From Pseudomonadota bacterium (GTDB taxonomy: Bacteria > Pseudomonadota > Gammaproteobacteria > JAKAQQ01), in NCBI GenBank assembly GCA_027320085.1, contig DAHVLZ010000018.1:32001-96000 (forward strand): a stretch of DNA of 64,000 nt, in the 5' to 3' direction. The notes under the pieces were generated by a model. That model did no database searches. It had not been told where the DNA came from and worked only from the letters and a program-made list of their open reading frames with translations. Both the position numbers and the translations under genes were made by a program. Of the stretch, positions 48,901 through 57,291 are shown piece after piece (position 1 is the stretch's first letter; each line of letters opens with the position of its first letter).

Positions 48901-48971
48901 TGCCGACCGTCTATACCTGGCTGGCCCATGAATGGATCCCCGAGACCCTATCCGCTCACCTGCCGCCGTAG
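45915..48971 (+). CDS. RND efflux permease (HAE1, MexI/MexW-like)
   Basis: FVKRPV, GLVVDDAIVVVEN, ISKHGIL, RLRPILMT; proton-relay residues intact. Confidence 0.95.
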   Translation: MKFTDYFVKRPVLSSVLALLIFFLGFRSIFEIGLRQYPKTKTAVVTVSTAYPGASAPLMQGFVTTPLERAIAATQGIAYMTSSSSEGSSAISVHMHLNYSANKALTQITAAVNQVRNVLPAASQSPVIQVSTGEKTSLMYLSFYSHEMSTPAIADYLTRVVEPELESVNGVASARIMGYPFAMRIWLNPYRLAAYHLTPAAVVQAIMNNNYIAAVGRTKSNHIAININAETGLHSARAFRRLVVAHQGHALVRLGDLGRVVLGAENYNGRFLFDGRSAVAIAIDTAPNANPLSVAETIRQLMPKIRKGLPPSLKAAVAFDASQFIRSSLHDVLVTLIEAALIVILIIFLFLGSVRAVLVPVVTIPLSLIGVVFVMWVLGYTLNLLTLLALVLAIGLVVDDAIVVVENIHRQIEAGHAPLEAALVGGREIAGPVMGMTLTLAAVYAPIGFQTGITGSLFREFAFTLAGAVLISGLLALTLSPMMCSRLLKESRSEGPLARRLDHLFESVRGVYARTLERALDRRWVTALIGIMVLCSLWMLYQGAKHELAPSEDQGVVFIQASASRTATVGYLSNYFNVLDQLFAQTPDVEHSFMGAGFGGGNSLFAGVTLTPWDDRSHSAAQIQTRLQKALNRMAGIRGFAGLPPALPGTGGGAPVEFVVTSTGSYAHLYQAAEQLRAAAVKSGLFAYTQNSLKFDNPEYQIRVNRALAAQDGLAMSDVGSALADLLSGGYIDHFSLGGESYRVIPQIEQRDRFRARDLDRYEVAATHGTLVPLSDIVTLKREVAPNSLDRFDQMNSTELEGVMKPGVSLGEALGFLRRMARSILPKTFGIHYAGLSRQYEKQGQALMMTFFFALIVIFLVLAGLFESFRDPWIVLVSVPMSISGALLFLNLGFASVNIYTQIGLITLIGLISKHGILMTQFANDLQRKEGLNRRQAIQKAATIRLRPILMTTAAMVMGVVPLILSTGAGAASRYDIGLVIATGLLIGTTFTLFMVPTVYTWLAHEWIPETLSAHLPP

Positions 48972-49086
48972 GATCTGACCTCAAGGCCACTTTCGGGAGT
49001 GGAGGATCCGGGATTCGAGAGGTATCATGACCGGAGGAGACCGGCCGGTGTCCGCCCGTCAGGGTCACTTTAACCAGAGTAGAGAG

Positions 49087-50175
49087 ATGGCAGAGCAATC
49101 CGTCCCCGGAAAAGCCGATCTTGGGCTTCTCGATTCCATTGCGCATCCGGCACTTCCGGGCTGTCCCCTGTCATTGACCGGGCGAATCGAGCAGACGGAG
49201 CCGGAGGCTTTCCGCCTGGTTTTAACCCACCCCGTCGGCGAGTTTTCCAGCCGCTATGAGGCGCTGGTGCGCTCCGTACTTGAGCGATCGGTCGGCCAGA
49301 ATGTGGCGCTCGAGACCGTCCTGGACATTCCGGTGGGGCCGAAGCAGGATAACCAGCCGGTTCCCGAGGGGGTCAAAAACCTCCTCGCGGTGGCCTCCGC
49401 CAAAGGGGGCGTCGGTAAATCCACGGTGGCCGTGAACCTCGCGCTATCCCTGTCCCGTCTCGGTGCCCGGGTCGGCATTCTCGATGCCGATATCTACGGT
49501 CCGAGTCTCCCGGCCATGTTGGGAATCGATCAGGCGCCGGAGGTGGAGACCTCTGGCCAGAAACTAAAACCGGTCATGCGGTATGGACTTTCCTGCATGA
49601 GCATCGGCCTTTTGGTTGACACTGACCAGGCGATGATCTGGCGGGGCCCAATGGTGACTCAGGCACTGCAGCAACTGCTATACCAGACCCATTGGCCGGA
49701 ACTCGACTATCTCGTGATCGACCTGCCTCCGGGGACCGGCGATATCCAGCTGACCTTGGCTCAGCGGGTGCCTTTGAGCGGCGCCTTGATCGTGACCACG
49801 CCCCAGAAAATCTCCGTTCTGGATGCCCGTCGGGGAATCCGTATGTTCGAGAAGGTCCGTGTGCCGGTTTTGGGAATCGTGGAAAACATGGCCACCTTCA
49901 ACTGCCCGCATTGCGGAAAGGAAAGTGCCGTCTTCGGCACCGGCGGAGGGCGGGCATTGGCCACCGAATGCGGTGTGGGCGATCTCGGCAGCCTGCCGCT
50001 CGTGCCCGGTCTGTGCGGACGGATGGACGAAGGAGCCCCACCTGCCGCCTCCGAACCCCAATCGGAACTCGCCCAACGCTTTCTCGTTCTGGCGCATGAG
50101 GTGGGTGCGCGACTCGCGGCATCGGTTGCCGAGAGTGCTGGACGCACGCCCGCGATCATCGTGGAGGAGGCTTGA
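49087..50175 (+). CDS. apbC: Fe-S cluster carrier ATPase Mrp/ApbC
   Basis: [39 protein letters not shown]. Confidence 0.95.
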   Translation: MAEQSVPGKADLGLLDSIAHPALPGCPLSLTGRIEQTEPEAFRLVLTHPVGEFSSRYEALVRSVLERSVGQNVALETVLDIPVGPKQDNQPVPEGVKNLLAVASAKGGVGKSTVAVNLALSLSRLGARVGILDADIYGPSLPAMLGIDQAPEVETSGQKLKPVMRYGLSCMSIGLLVDTDQAMIWRGPMVTQALQQLLYQTHWPELDYLVIDLPPGTGDIQLTLAQRVPLSGALIVTTPQKISVLDARRGIRMFEKVRVPVLGIVENMATFNCPHCGKESAVFGTGGGRALATECGVGDLGSLPLVPGLCGRMDEGAPPAASEPQSELAQRFLVLAHEVGARLAASVAESAGRTPAIIVEEA

Positions 50176-50176
50176 C

Positions 50177-50743
50177 ATGGGACTCAAATCCGACCGCTGG
50201 ATCCGGGATATGGCGCGGACATCACGCATGATCGAGCCTTTCGAGTCCGGTCAGGTCCGGGAAAATGAACAGGGCCGGGTGGTTTCTTTCGGTACCTCGA
50301 GTTATGGCTACGATGTCCGCTGCGCGGATGAGTTCAAGATTTTTACCAACATCAACTCCGCCGTGGTCGATCCCAAGAATTTTTCAGCCTCGAGTTTTGT
50401 CGATTTCCGGGGGCCGGTGTGCATCATCCCGCCCAACTCCTTTGCCCTGGCCCGGACTGTCGAGTATTTCCGGATTCCCCGCAATGTCCTCACCATCTGC
50501 CTTGGAAAATCAACCTATGCCCGCTGCGGGATCATCGTGAACGTGACCCCGCTCGAACCCGAATGGGAAGGCCATGTCACCCTCGAGTTCTCGAATACCA
50601 CACCATTGCCGGCGCGGATTTACGCCCATGAGGGAGTGGCCCAGATGCTGTTTTTCGAGGCGGACGAATGCTGTGAGGTGTCCTACCGTGACCGGGGCGG
50701 GAAGTACCAGGGTCAGAAAGGCGTAACCTTGCCCAAGGCCTGA
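50177..50743 (+). CDS. dcd: dCTP deaminase
   Basis: [36 protein letters not shown]. Confidence 0.97.
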   Translation: MGLKSDRWIRDMARTSRMIEPFESGQVRENEQGRVVSFGTSSYGYDVRCADEFKIFTNINSAVVDPKNFSASSFVDFRGPVCIIPPNSFALARTVEYFRIPRNVLTICLGKSTYARCGIIVNVTPLEPEWEGHVTLEFSNTTPLPARIYAHEGVAQMLFFEADECCEVSYRDRGGKYQGQKGVTLPKA

Positions 50744-51543
50744 GAAGACGGCCGGGGCTGGGCCGGGGATGCGAGGGGACTGAAACGAAGGAGCCGCAGC
50801 GTGATCGTCGGATGGTGAGGGCGGATTTCCCGCGCGACGACCGGGATTTCATCTAAGGTGCGGGCACACCAGAAGATCAGCTGGGTTCCCTTCCGGGTCC
50901 GTGCCACGTACTCGACCGTCAGAAAGACCCCGGCGGGTGTTCTCCAGGTACGTTGTCCTGCCCGCGTCACGACATAGCGGTGGAGATGGTTGTGGTTGAC
51001 CACGAGAAAGGTCGCCGGTGGCCTCCCCTTGAGCACGAGGTCGCGGCTGAGTGCGATCTGGGCGGTCAGGCGGTCCAGCATGCCGGGATGGAGCGGCAAG
51101 CTGATCCGCTTGGAACCCACTTGGGCATGGACGATCCGTCTGGACCAGTCAAACCGGACCTCCTGGTCATGCCGGGCACTCCGGCCCGGTTCCGTCAGCC
51201 GATAGGACAGGGGTTCAAACCGGCCCTTGCGCTGGATGCGGAAACGGGCGGTTTCCTCGAGGCGGACGTTTTCAAAAAGCGAAAACAGGGCATTGGGTCG
51301 TGAGGAAGAGTGACACCGCCAGAGGCCCTGGGCCTCCCGCCGCAGGGTGATCCGCGAACGGCCGACACCGAAACCGTCGAGATAGACGCTGTAGAGGGCC
51401 TGGTAGGGTAGGAGGCCTGAGCGCGGACCCGGCACCGGGGCTGAGGAGGCGAGGGCGGGGAGCTCCGGAAGCAGGAGCAGGAGGAAAAGAAGGCCGTGGG
51501 TGGGCCGAAACCGACAGGGACGGAGGAAGGAGGACCCGGTCAT
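50713..51543 (-). CDS. DUF3108 family exported protein
   Basis: PYQALY, FDW, LDRLT, TPAG.F.T; position downstream of purN. Confidence 0.75.
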   Translation of the reverse strand: MTGSSFLRPCRFRPTHGLLFLLLLLPELPALASSAPVPGPRSGLLPYQALYSVYLDGFGVGRSRITLRREAQGLWRCHSSSRPNALFSLFENVRLEETARFRIQRKGRFEPLSYRLTEPGRSARHDQEVRFDWSRRIVHAQVGSKRISLPLHPGMLDRLTAQIALSRDLVLKGRPPATFLVVNHNHLHRYVVTRAGQRTWRTPAGVFLTVEYVARTRKGTQLIFWCARTLDEIPVVAREIRPHHPTITLRLLRFSPLASPAQPRPSSQALGKVTPF

Positions 51544-52206
51544 TCAGGAAAAGGGAAACTCGAGGGGGGATTCCAGTTTAGTGCCTTTCCAGAAAATGGC
51601 ATCCGGGGCAATGACCAGGTGCCCGTGGGCCAGTTCGGCCAGGACTGCGGGATAGAGCCGATGTTCGGCCTGTTTGGTCCGCTCGATCAAGAGGGTCTCG
51701 GTATCAGAAGGCAGGATCGGTACGCGGATCCGGGCCAGCGGGGGTCCTGCATCCACTGCCGGTACCACGAGGTGGACCGTTGCGCCGTGCTCCGGATCAC
51801 CCCCCTCCAGGGCCCGACGGTGGGGATGAAGACCCGGATGGCGGGGCAGGAGCGAGGGGTGGATGTTGAGCAGCCGTCTGGCAAAGCGCTTGACCGTCTC
51901 GGGTTGCAAGATCCGCATGAAACCGGCCATGGCGATGAGGTCCGGATGGCAGTGGTCGAGCTGCGCGCTCAGGGCGGATTCCCAGGTGCTGCGGGTGGGG
52001 AAGGTTTTGAGCTCGAGACTGAAAGCCGGTACGCCACACTGCCGGGCCCGCTCAAGGGCTGGAGCCTGGGCCCGATCGCTTACCACCGCGACGGGTTCGA
52101 GGGGCAGCCGGCCCGATCGGCTTGCATCGAGGATTGCCTGGAGATTGCTGCCGGTTCCGGAAACCAGCACGGCCAGGGTGCGGGGCGGATGCGAGGGTGG
52201 GTTCAC
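51544..52206 (-). CDS. purN: Phosphoribosylglycinamide formyltransferase
   Basis: VLVSGTGSNLQA, AGFMRIL, NIHPSLLP, HGATVH.V...VDAGP. Confidence 0.97.
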   Translation of the reverse strand: MNPPSHPPRTLAVLVSGTGSNLQAILDASRSGRLPLEPVAVVSDRAQAPALERARQCGVPAFSLELKTFPTRSTWESALSAQLDHCHPDLIAMAGFMRILQPETVKRFARRLLNIHPSLLPRHPGLHPHRRALEGGDPEHGATVHLVVPAVDAGPPLARIRVPILPSDTETLLIERTKQAEHRLYPAVLAELAHGHLVIAPDAIFWKGTKLESPLEFPFS

Positions 52207-53234
52207 CCGATCTGGATCCCATGTCCGGGATCTTCCACAACCTCTCCGATCACATAAGCGGCCTCTCCGGCTCCCGTCAGGAGAGCTTGGGTCTCCTGTG
52301 TTGCATCGGGCGGCACGATCAGAAGAAAGCCAATGCCGGCATTGAATGTCCGGTAGAACTCCCGGGGAGAAAGATGGGCGTGGTCACGGATCCACCCGAG
52401 AACCGGTGGAACCGGCCAGGTTCGGGGATCAATAACGGCACCGAGCCCTCGCGGAAGCACGCGCGGCGGGTTGTCGATCAGGCCGCCTCCGGTGATATGG
52501 GCCATGGCGTGGAGGGGAACCCGGTTCAGGAGGGGAAGGATCGACTTCACGTAGATCCGGGTGGGTTCGAGCAGGCGGTCCAGAAGCCGGTCTTCCTCCA
52601 TTCCCGTGCCCTGCATGCCCTCTTGTTCGAGCAGCTTGCGGACCAGTGAAAAACCATTGGAGTGCACACCCGAGGAGGCGAGACCGATGAGGCGGTCACC
52701 CGCCTGGACACGCGAGCCGTCCAGGATTCGGGACCTTTCCACGATGCCGACACAGAATCCGGCGAGGTCGAAGTCGGGCGCTTGGTAGAGTCCGGGCATC
52801 TCGGCCGTTTCCCCGCCGACCAACGCGCAGCCCGCCTGCGCGCAGCCCTCGCTGATCCCGGCCAGCAGCCGGCTGCCCTGCTCCGGGTCGATTCGTCCGC
52901 TCGCATAATAGTCGAGAAAAAATAGGGGCTCTGCCCCGTGTACCAAGACATCGTTCGCACACATGGCGACCAGGTCGATTCCGAGTCCCTCGAGCCGGTT
53001 GTGGGCCAGACCCAAGAGGAGTTTGGTCCCGATGCCATCGGTTCCCGCAACCAGGACCGGATGGGTAAAACGGTCGAGCGGAACCTGGATGAGGGCTCCG
53101 AAACCGCCGATTCCAGCCAGGACCTCGGGACGATGCGTGCGTTCCGCCTGCGGGCGGATTCGGTCGATCAAGTTTTCGGCGGACTCGATGTCCACCCCGG
53201 AATCGCGATAGGTCAGCGGTGGTTTGGGCGGCAT
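52203..53234 (-). CDS. purM: AIR synthetase
   Basis: YRDSGVDI, GGFG, TDGIGTK, GGETAEMPG, HSNGFSL, HITGGG. Confidence 0.98.
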   Translation of the reverse strand: MPPKPPLTYRDSGVDIESAENLIDRIRPQAERTHRPEVLAGIGGFGALIQVPLDRFTHPVLVAGTDGIGTKLLLGLAHNRLEGLGIDLVAMCANDVLVHGAEPLFFLDYYASGRIDPEQGSRLLAGISEGCAQAGCALVGGETAEMPGLYQAPDFDLAGFCVGIVERSRILDGSRVQAGDRLIGLASSGVHSNGFSLVRKLLEQEGMQGTGMEEDRLLDRLLEPTRIYVKSILPLLNRVPLHAMAHITGGGLIDNPPRVLPRGLGAVIDPRTWPVPPVLGWIRDHAHLSPREFYRTFNAGIGFLLIVPPDATQETQALLTGAGEAAYVIGEVVEDPGHGIQIG

Positions 53235-53301
53235 GGGAGGAGGCGGGGAACCCGATGGGTTATGTTATCGTAAACATCCTTGCGTGAGGGTGGATTTGTT
53301 C

Positions 53302-54426
53302 ATGGGTGGTCATGCGCCTTGCCTGTTCCGGCGCTTGCACGGGGCCGGGGGAGCCGTTGGGCCGAAGGTCGTCCTCCTCCTGACCGGGCTTCTCCTGGGG
53401 ATGTCCCAGCCGGCCGAGGCCACGGTCGTCCGGCATGTCTTCCGGGTCGATCTGCCGGTCTCCCACCTGGCCGCGAGGCTGCCGGCTGCCGATGTCCAGC
53501 GGGCAGCCGGGATTCTCCTTGACCGGATTACCGGTGATCCCGATCTTGCCGCCCGGGGGACCGTCAGTGCGCTGATTGCCGAGTCCGGTCAGTGGGTTGC
53601 CGAATATGGCTATAAAAAGGCAGACGCCCAAGGCGGCGGACGAACCGGAACCCCATCCCGTCTCCCCTTCAGGCTCTGGATCCGTTTCGCGCACCGGGCC
53701 GTTGAACGGGCGGTTCTCGGGGCCCATCTACCGTTCTGGGGAGACTTGAGACCCCGTCTTCTGATCTGGCTGGATCCGGGCTCATCCTCCGGGGAAATCC
53801 TTTCGGCGTCCTCTTCTTCCTCTTTGCGCCGGCACCTGGACCGAGCCCTCATCCGTCTGGCGTTGCCGGCTTTCTTGCCCATCATGGACCTCAAGGAGCG
53901 CAGCGCAGTTGCCCCCCCCAACCTCTTCCCGCCCGCCTGGCCCCTCCTGCATCAGGTCTCCCGGCCCTACCACGCCGAGGCGTTATGGGTGGGTCGTCTC
54001 CGGGGAAATGCAGCCCGCGGGTGGATGGGGAGTTTTGCCGTTCAAATGGGCCGCTTCACCCTCGATTGGCAGTCCGTGCACGCCCATCTGCACCGCTGGA
54101 GCGTGCTGCAGTCCGCCCTGGACTACCTGGATTCGATCCTGGCATCGCGCTACGCCGTGTTTGCCAGCCATCAGCCCGTCCCTCTCTCCATCCGGATCCG
54201 GGGCCACCTCACGCTTCGTCAGGTCAGCCGGATCGAACATTTCATTCATCATCTCCCAGGCGTGAGCCAACCGCGTCTTTTGGAACTGGCGCCCCAATCG
54301 CTTGTTTTGACCCTGGTCTCGCGGATTGACCGGACTCACCTGGAACGACTGATGACACTTGCCGGCCCGGGACTGTTCCTCAAGCCGGAGCCCGGGCACC
54401 GGTTGGTTTTTGCTCTCCAGTCCTAA
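53302..54426 (+). CDS. DUF2066 family exported protein
   Basis: LDRITG, LPFWG..RP..LIW, LPIMDL; divergent from purM as in other Gammaproteobacteria. Confidence 0.75.
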   Translation: MGGHAPCLFRRLHGAGGAVGPKVVLLLTGLLLGMSQPAEATVVRHVFRVDLPVSHLAARLPAADVQRAAGILLDRITGDPDLAARGTVSALIAESGQWVAEYGYKKADAQGGGRTGTPSRLPFRLWIRFAHRAVERAVLGAHLPFWGDLRPRLLIWLDPGSSSGEILSASSSSSLRRHLDRALIRLALPAFLPIMDLKERSAVAPPNLFPPAWPLLHQVSRPYHAEALWVGRLRGNAARGWMGSFAVQMGRFTLDWQSVHAHLHRWSVLQSALDYLDSILASRYAVFASHQPVPLSIRIRGHLTLRQVSRIEHFIHHLPGVSQPRLLELAPQSLVLTLVSRIDRTHLERLMTLAGPGLFLKPEPGHRLVFALQS

Positions 54427-54431
54427 ACCTC

Positions 54432-55001
54432 GTGCAGCTCATGCGCCTGCAACCGTCCTTCTGGCCCAACCTGTTGTCCACGGCCCGCCTCGTGGCCGCG
54501 CTTCCCTTGTTTGTCCTCCTCTTGGAGGGACGGCTGTGGTGGAGTCTCGGGATTTTTTCTCTCGCCGCCTTCACCGATGCCCTGGATGGTTTTTTGGCCA
54601 AACGCTATTCCTGGCAGTCGGCGACCGGTGCCTTCCTGGATCCACTCGCCGACAAGCTGCTCGTTTTTTCGGTCTTTGCCGCATTGATGCTCACGGGTGC
54701 AACCCCGCCGTGGCTGTTCTGGACCGTTTGGGGGCGGGATGCCGCCATGGGGCTCGCTGTTCTCGTCTGTTACGTGTGGCGGGGACCGTTCTGGGTGGTG
54801 CCCACGCTTCTGAGCAAGGTCAGCATGACCCTCCAGGTCGTCTATCTCGTCGTGACGCTCGTGTTCCTTTTGCAAAAAATCTCGTTCCCCCCCTTTTGGA
54901 CCGGGTTTGAAGGGCTCGTGGCGGCTTTCGCTCTCCTATCCGGAATCGAATACCTGATCCGCTTCAGACGCCGGGGCAGTCATGAGCCGGTCCGGGGCTG
55001 A
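54432..55001 (+). CDS. CDP-alcohol phosphatidyltransferase
   Basis: PNLLS.AR, TDALDGFLAKR...GAFLDPLADK. Confidence 0.92.
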   Translation: MQLMRLQPSFWPNLLSTARLVAALPLFVLLLEGRLWWSLGIFSLAAFTDALDGFLAKRYSWQSATGAFLDPLADKLLVFSVFAALMLTGATPPWLFWTVWGRDAAMGLAVLVCYVWRGPFWVVPTLLSKVSMTLQVVYLVVTLVFLLQKISFPPFWTGFEGLVAAFALLSGIEYLIRFRRRGSHEPVRG

Positions 55002-55728
55002 GAGGAGCCGGCAGCTTCTTCTGTTCCCCCAGACGGGCACAGGTCCCAGCTTCGCCAGTTTCCGAACCGACCGTCTCCCGCTGGTTGTCGAGACCTGTGC
55101 GGCTTTGGCCCGCGGCCAGAGATCCGGTTACGCCGTACTCCACGGACCCCCGGGATCCGGGAAAAGCCATCTCCTGCGGGCCGCCTGTCAGGTGTGGACC
55201 GGACGGGGCGGGCAGGCGGCGCTCTGGATTCCGAATCCGCGCGAGCCCCTTCCGGAACCGGAGGGATCTCTGCCCTATGAGTTCCTGGCCATCGAATCGC
55301 TGGATACGGTGGCGGGGGATTCCAGACTCGAACGGACCTGCTTCGGCTTCATCCGGGCGGCCCAGCAGGGCCGGCTGCGGCTGTTGCTGGCCGGCCGCAG
55401 ACCCCCCACCGAACTGGCCTGGAAACTCCCGGATCTGGCCTCACGGCTTGTGGCCATGACTCTGCCGGGGCTTTCGCCGGTCGACGAATCCTTGTGGCCG
55501 GAGATCCTCGAGCACCGGTGCGAGGAACGTGGCATGAAGCTTGAAGCTGCAGCTTCGCGGTGGCTCCTGCGACATGGTCCCCGGCGGCTTGAAACCCTCC
55601 TCGGTGTGGTCGATGAACTGGCGGATCATGGGGGGGCGGTTGGCCGGAAAATCACCGTTCCCCGGGTCCGCCGCGTGGTGCTGGAACAAGAGTCCCGGAT
55701 CCGGGCCAATCCGGGAGGACAAACATGA
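54982..55728 (+). CDS. hda: DnaA regulatory inactivator Hda
   Basis: N-terminal clamp-binding QLLLF, GPPGSGKSHLL, LPDLASRL, RKITVP. Confidence 0.85.
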   Translation: MSRSGAERSRQLLLFPQTGTGPSFASFRTDRLPLVVETCAALARGQRSGYAVLHGPPGSGKSHLLRAACQVWTGRGGQAALWIPNPREPLPEPEGSLPYEFLAIESLDTVAGDSRLERTCFGFIRAAQQGRLRLLLAGRRPPTELAWKLPDLASRLVAMTLPGLSPVDESLWPEILEHRCEERGMKLEAAASRWLLRHGPRRLETLLGVVDELADHGGAVGRKITVPRVRRVVLEQESRIRANPGGQT

Positions 55729-56210
55729 CGAGGCCTTCAACAAGGCATAGAATGGAGGCACTTCGCAGTGATGACCCGGTTCCCGGTGGCGGGATGCCAG
55801 GTGAGACGGAGGGAGGCGCTGTGCAGTCGCGACAGTTTCCCGCTTCAAGAAAGAGACGAGCCCTGAGCGCTGGCGTTCTGGGCCTGGTGGGCTGTCTCCT
55901 TTTGGCCGGCTGTGTCGTCTCCCCGCCGGTCCAGGAGATGAGCAATGCACGACAGGCGATCAGTGCCGCCCGGGCGGCCGGTGCGATGCGCTTCGCACCG
56001 ACCCGGCTCATGGCGGCGCAACGCTGGCTTGAAAACGCGCGCTATGCCCTTGAGATCCGCGAATACGGATACGCCGAGCGCGCTGCCCGGACCGCACGGC
56101 AACGGGCCCTGGCGGCCCTGCATGCGGCCCTCCGGCGGGAACGGGCCTTGGCAGCCCGTTATCATTCGGGGAAAAATGCCTCTGGGGACGATCCGGCCGC
56201 TCCACGGTAG
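55725..56210 (+). CDS. DUF4398-like lipoprotein
   Basis: LLLAGC, PPVQEMSNARQAI.AA..AGA; true start is probably downstream. Confidence 0.8.
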   Translation: MTRPSTRHRMEALRSDDPVPGGGMPGETEGGAVQSRQFPASRKRRALSAGVLGLVGCLLLAGCVVSPPVQEMSNARQAISAARAAGAMRFAPTRLMAAQRWLENARYALEIREYGYAERAARTARQRALAALHAALRRERALAARYHSGKNASGDDPAAPR

Positions 56211-56238
56211 TCCGGAGAGTCGTGAAAAGCCATATTTC

Positions 56239-56268
56239 TTGACAGATCCCAAGCTTGCCGGATATAGT
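56239..56268 (+). promoter_or_regulatory. Sigma70 promoter of the LysM lipoprotein
   Basis: TTGACA-N18-TATAGT. Confidence 0.7.
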
Positions 56269-56326
56269 GAAGACGGGATCTGAGTCCCGTACATTCATAC
56301 CTAACCGTGTGACAGGAGAGTTCACA

Positions 56327-57082
56327 ATGACCAAAAGATTTTACAGAGTGGTTCCACTGGCCGCGATCGTCCTCTTGGCGGCTTGTGCAACGGTCAAAAA
56401 GGCGCCTCCACCTCCACCCCCCAAAAAGCCGTCAGCGGCGACCCTCCAGTCCATCCAGGATGCCAAGACTGCCATTGCACGGGCTCAGGCGGTGGGTTGC
56501 AACGTCACCTCCGAGCAGAGTGAGCTGACCCAGGCAGAGTCCGAGGCCAAGATCCCGGACAACGCCAAGGCCCAACAGTTGGCCGATGCTGCCCGGAAAA
56601 GTGCCGATGCCTGCACCAACCGTTACTGGATGAACAAGGCCCGCGCACTCCTTCACAAGATCCACCAGTACACCAACCTGAATGGCAGCGAGCGTTCGAG
56701 CCTGAAGGAAGGTCGTACCGACATCGCGAACAACCAGGGCAAACCGGCCTATGACGTATTGAGCTCGCTTCTGGCCGAACTCAAGGCGGCCCGCACCACC
56801 TACACGGTGGTTCGTGGTGATAACCTCTGGAATATCGCGTCGAAGCACTCGATTTACGGCAACCCCTTTGAGTGGCCGCTGATCTATCGTGCCAACGCCT
56901 CGAAAATCCATGACCCGGATCTCATTTATCCCAATCAGAACCTCAAGATCGTTCTGAACCCGCTGAAGAGCGCCGTCCACAGCGCTGCGCATTACGCGAA
57001 GACGCGGGGCCCCTGGCGTCAAGGTCAGGCCCTGCACAAGGATCATGCGTGGCTGGCTTCGCAGCAAGGCTCACCCTTCTGA
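56327..57082 (+). CDS. LysM peptidoglycan-binding lipoprotein
   Basis: AGGAG RBS, lipobox LAAC, YTVVRGDNLWNIA...WPLIYRAN..I.DPDLIYP.Q. Confidence 0.9.
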   Translation: MTKRFYRVVPLAAIVLLAACATVKKAPPPPPPKKPSAATLQSIQDAKTAIARAQAVGCNVTSEQSELTQAESEAKIPDNAKAQQLADAARKSADACTNRYWMNKARALLHKIHQYTNLNGSERSSLKEGRTDIANNQGKPAYDVLSSLLAELKAARTTYTVVRGDNLWNIASKHSIYGNPFEWPLIYRANASKIHDPDLIYPNQNLKIVLNPLKSAVHSAAHYAKTRGPWRQGQALHKDHAWLASQQGSPF

Positions 57083-57127
57083 GGGAAGCTAGGCGCCTGC
57101 CCGCGGCATGAGACGGGAGATCCCATG

Positions 57128-57159
57128 AAACCCCGGCCCTCGCGGCCGGGGTTTTTTTT
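57128..57159 (+). terminator. Rho-independent terminator
   Basis: AAACCCCGGCC-ctcgc-GGCCGGGGTTTTTTTT. Confidence 0.9.
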
Positions 57160-57291
57160 CGGCTTTTGCAGCCCGGATGTGACCTGCCCGCTGTCCTGTC
57201 AAGGGGGTGGGGTCATGGAAATGCGGGGCCTTCCCGTTCTACACTCATCATTCGTCTGGCACAGTGGGTGTTCCATGTCCGAGGTGGCCTG

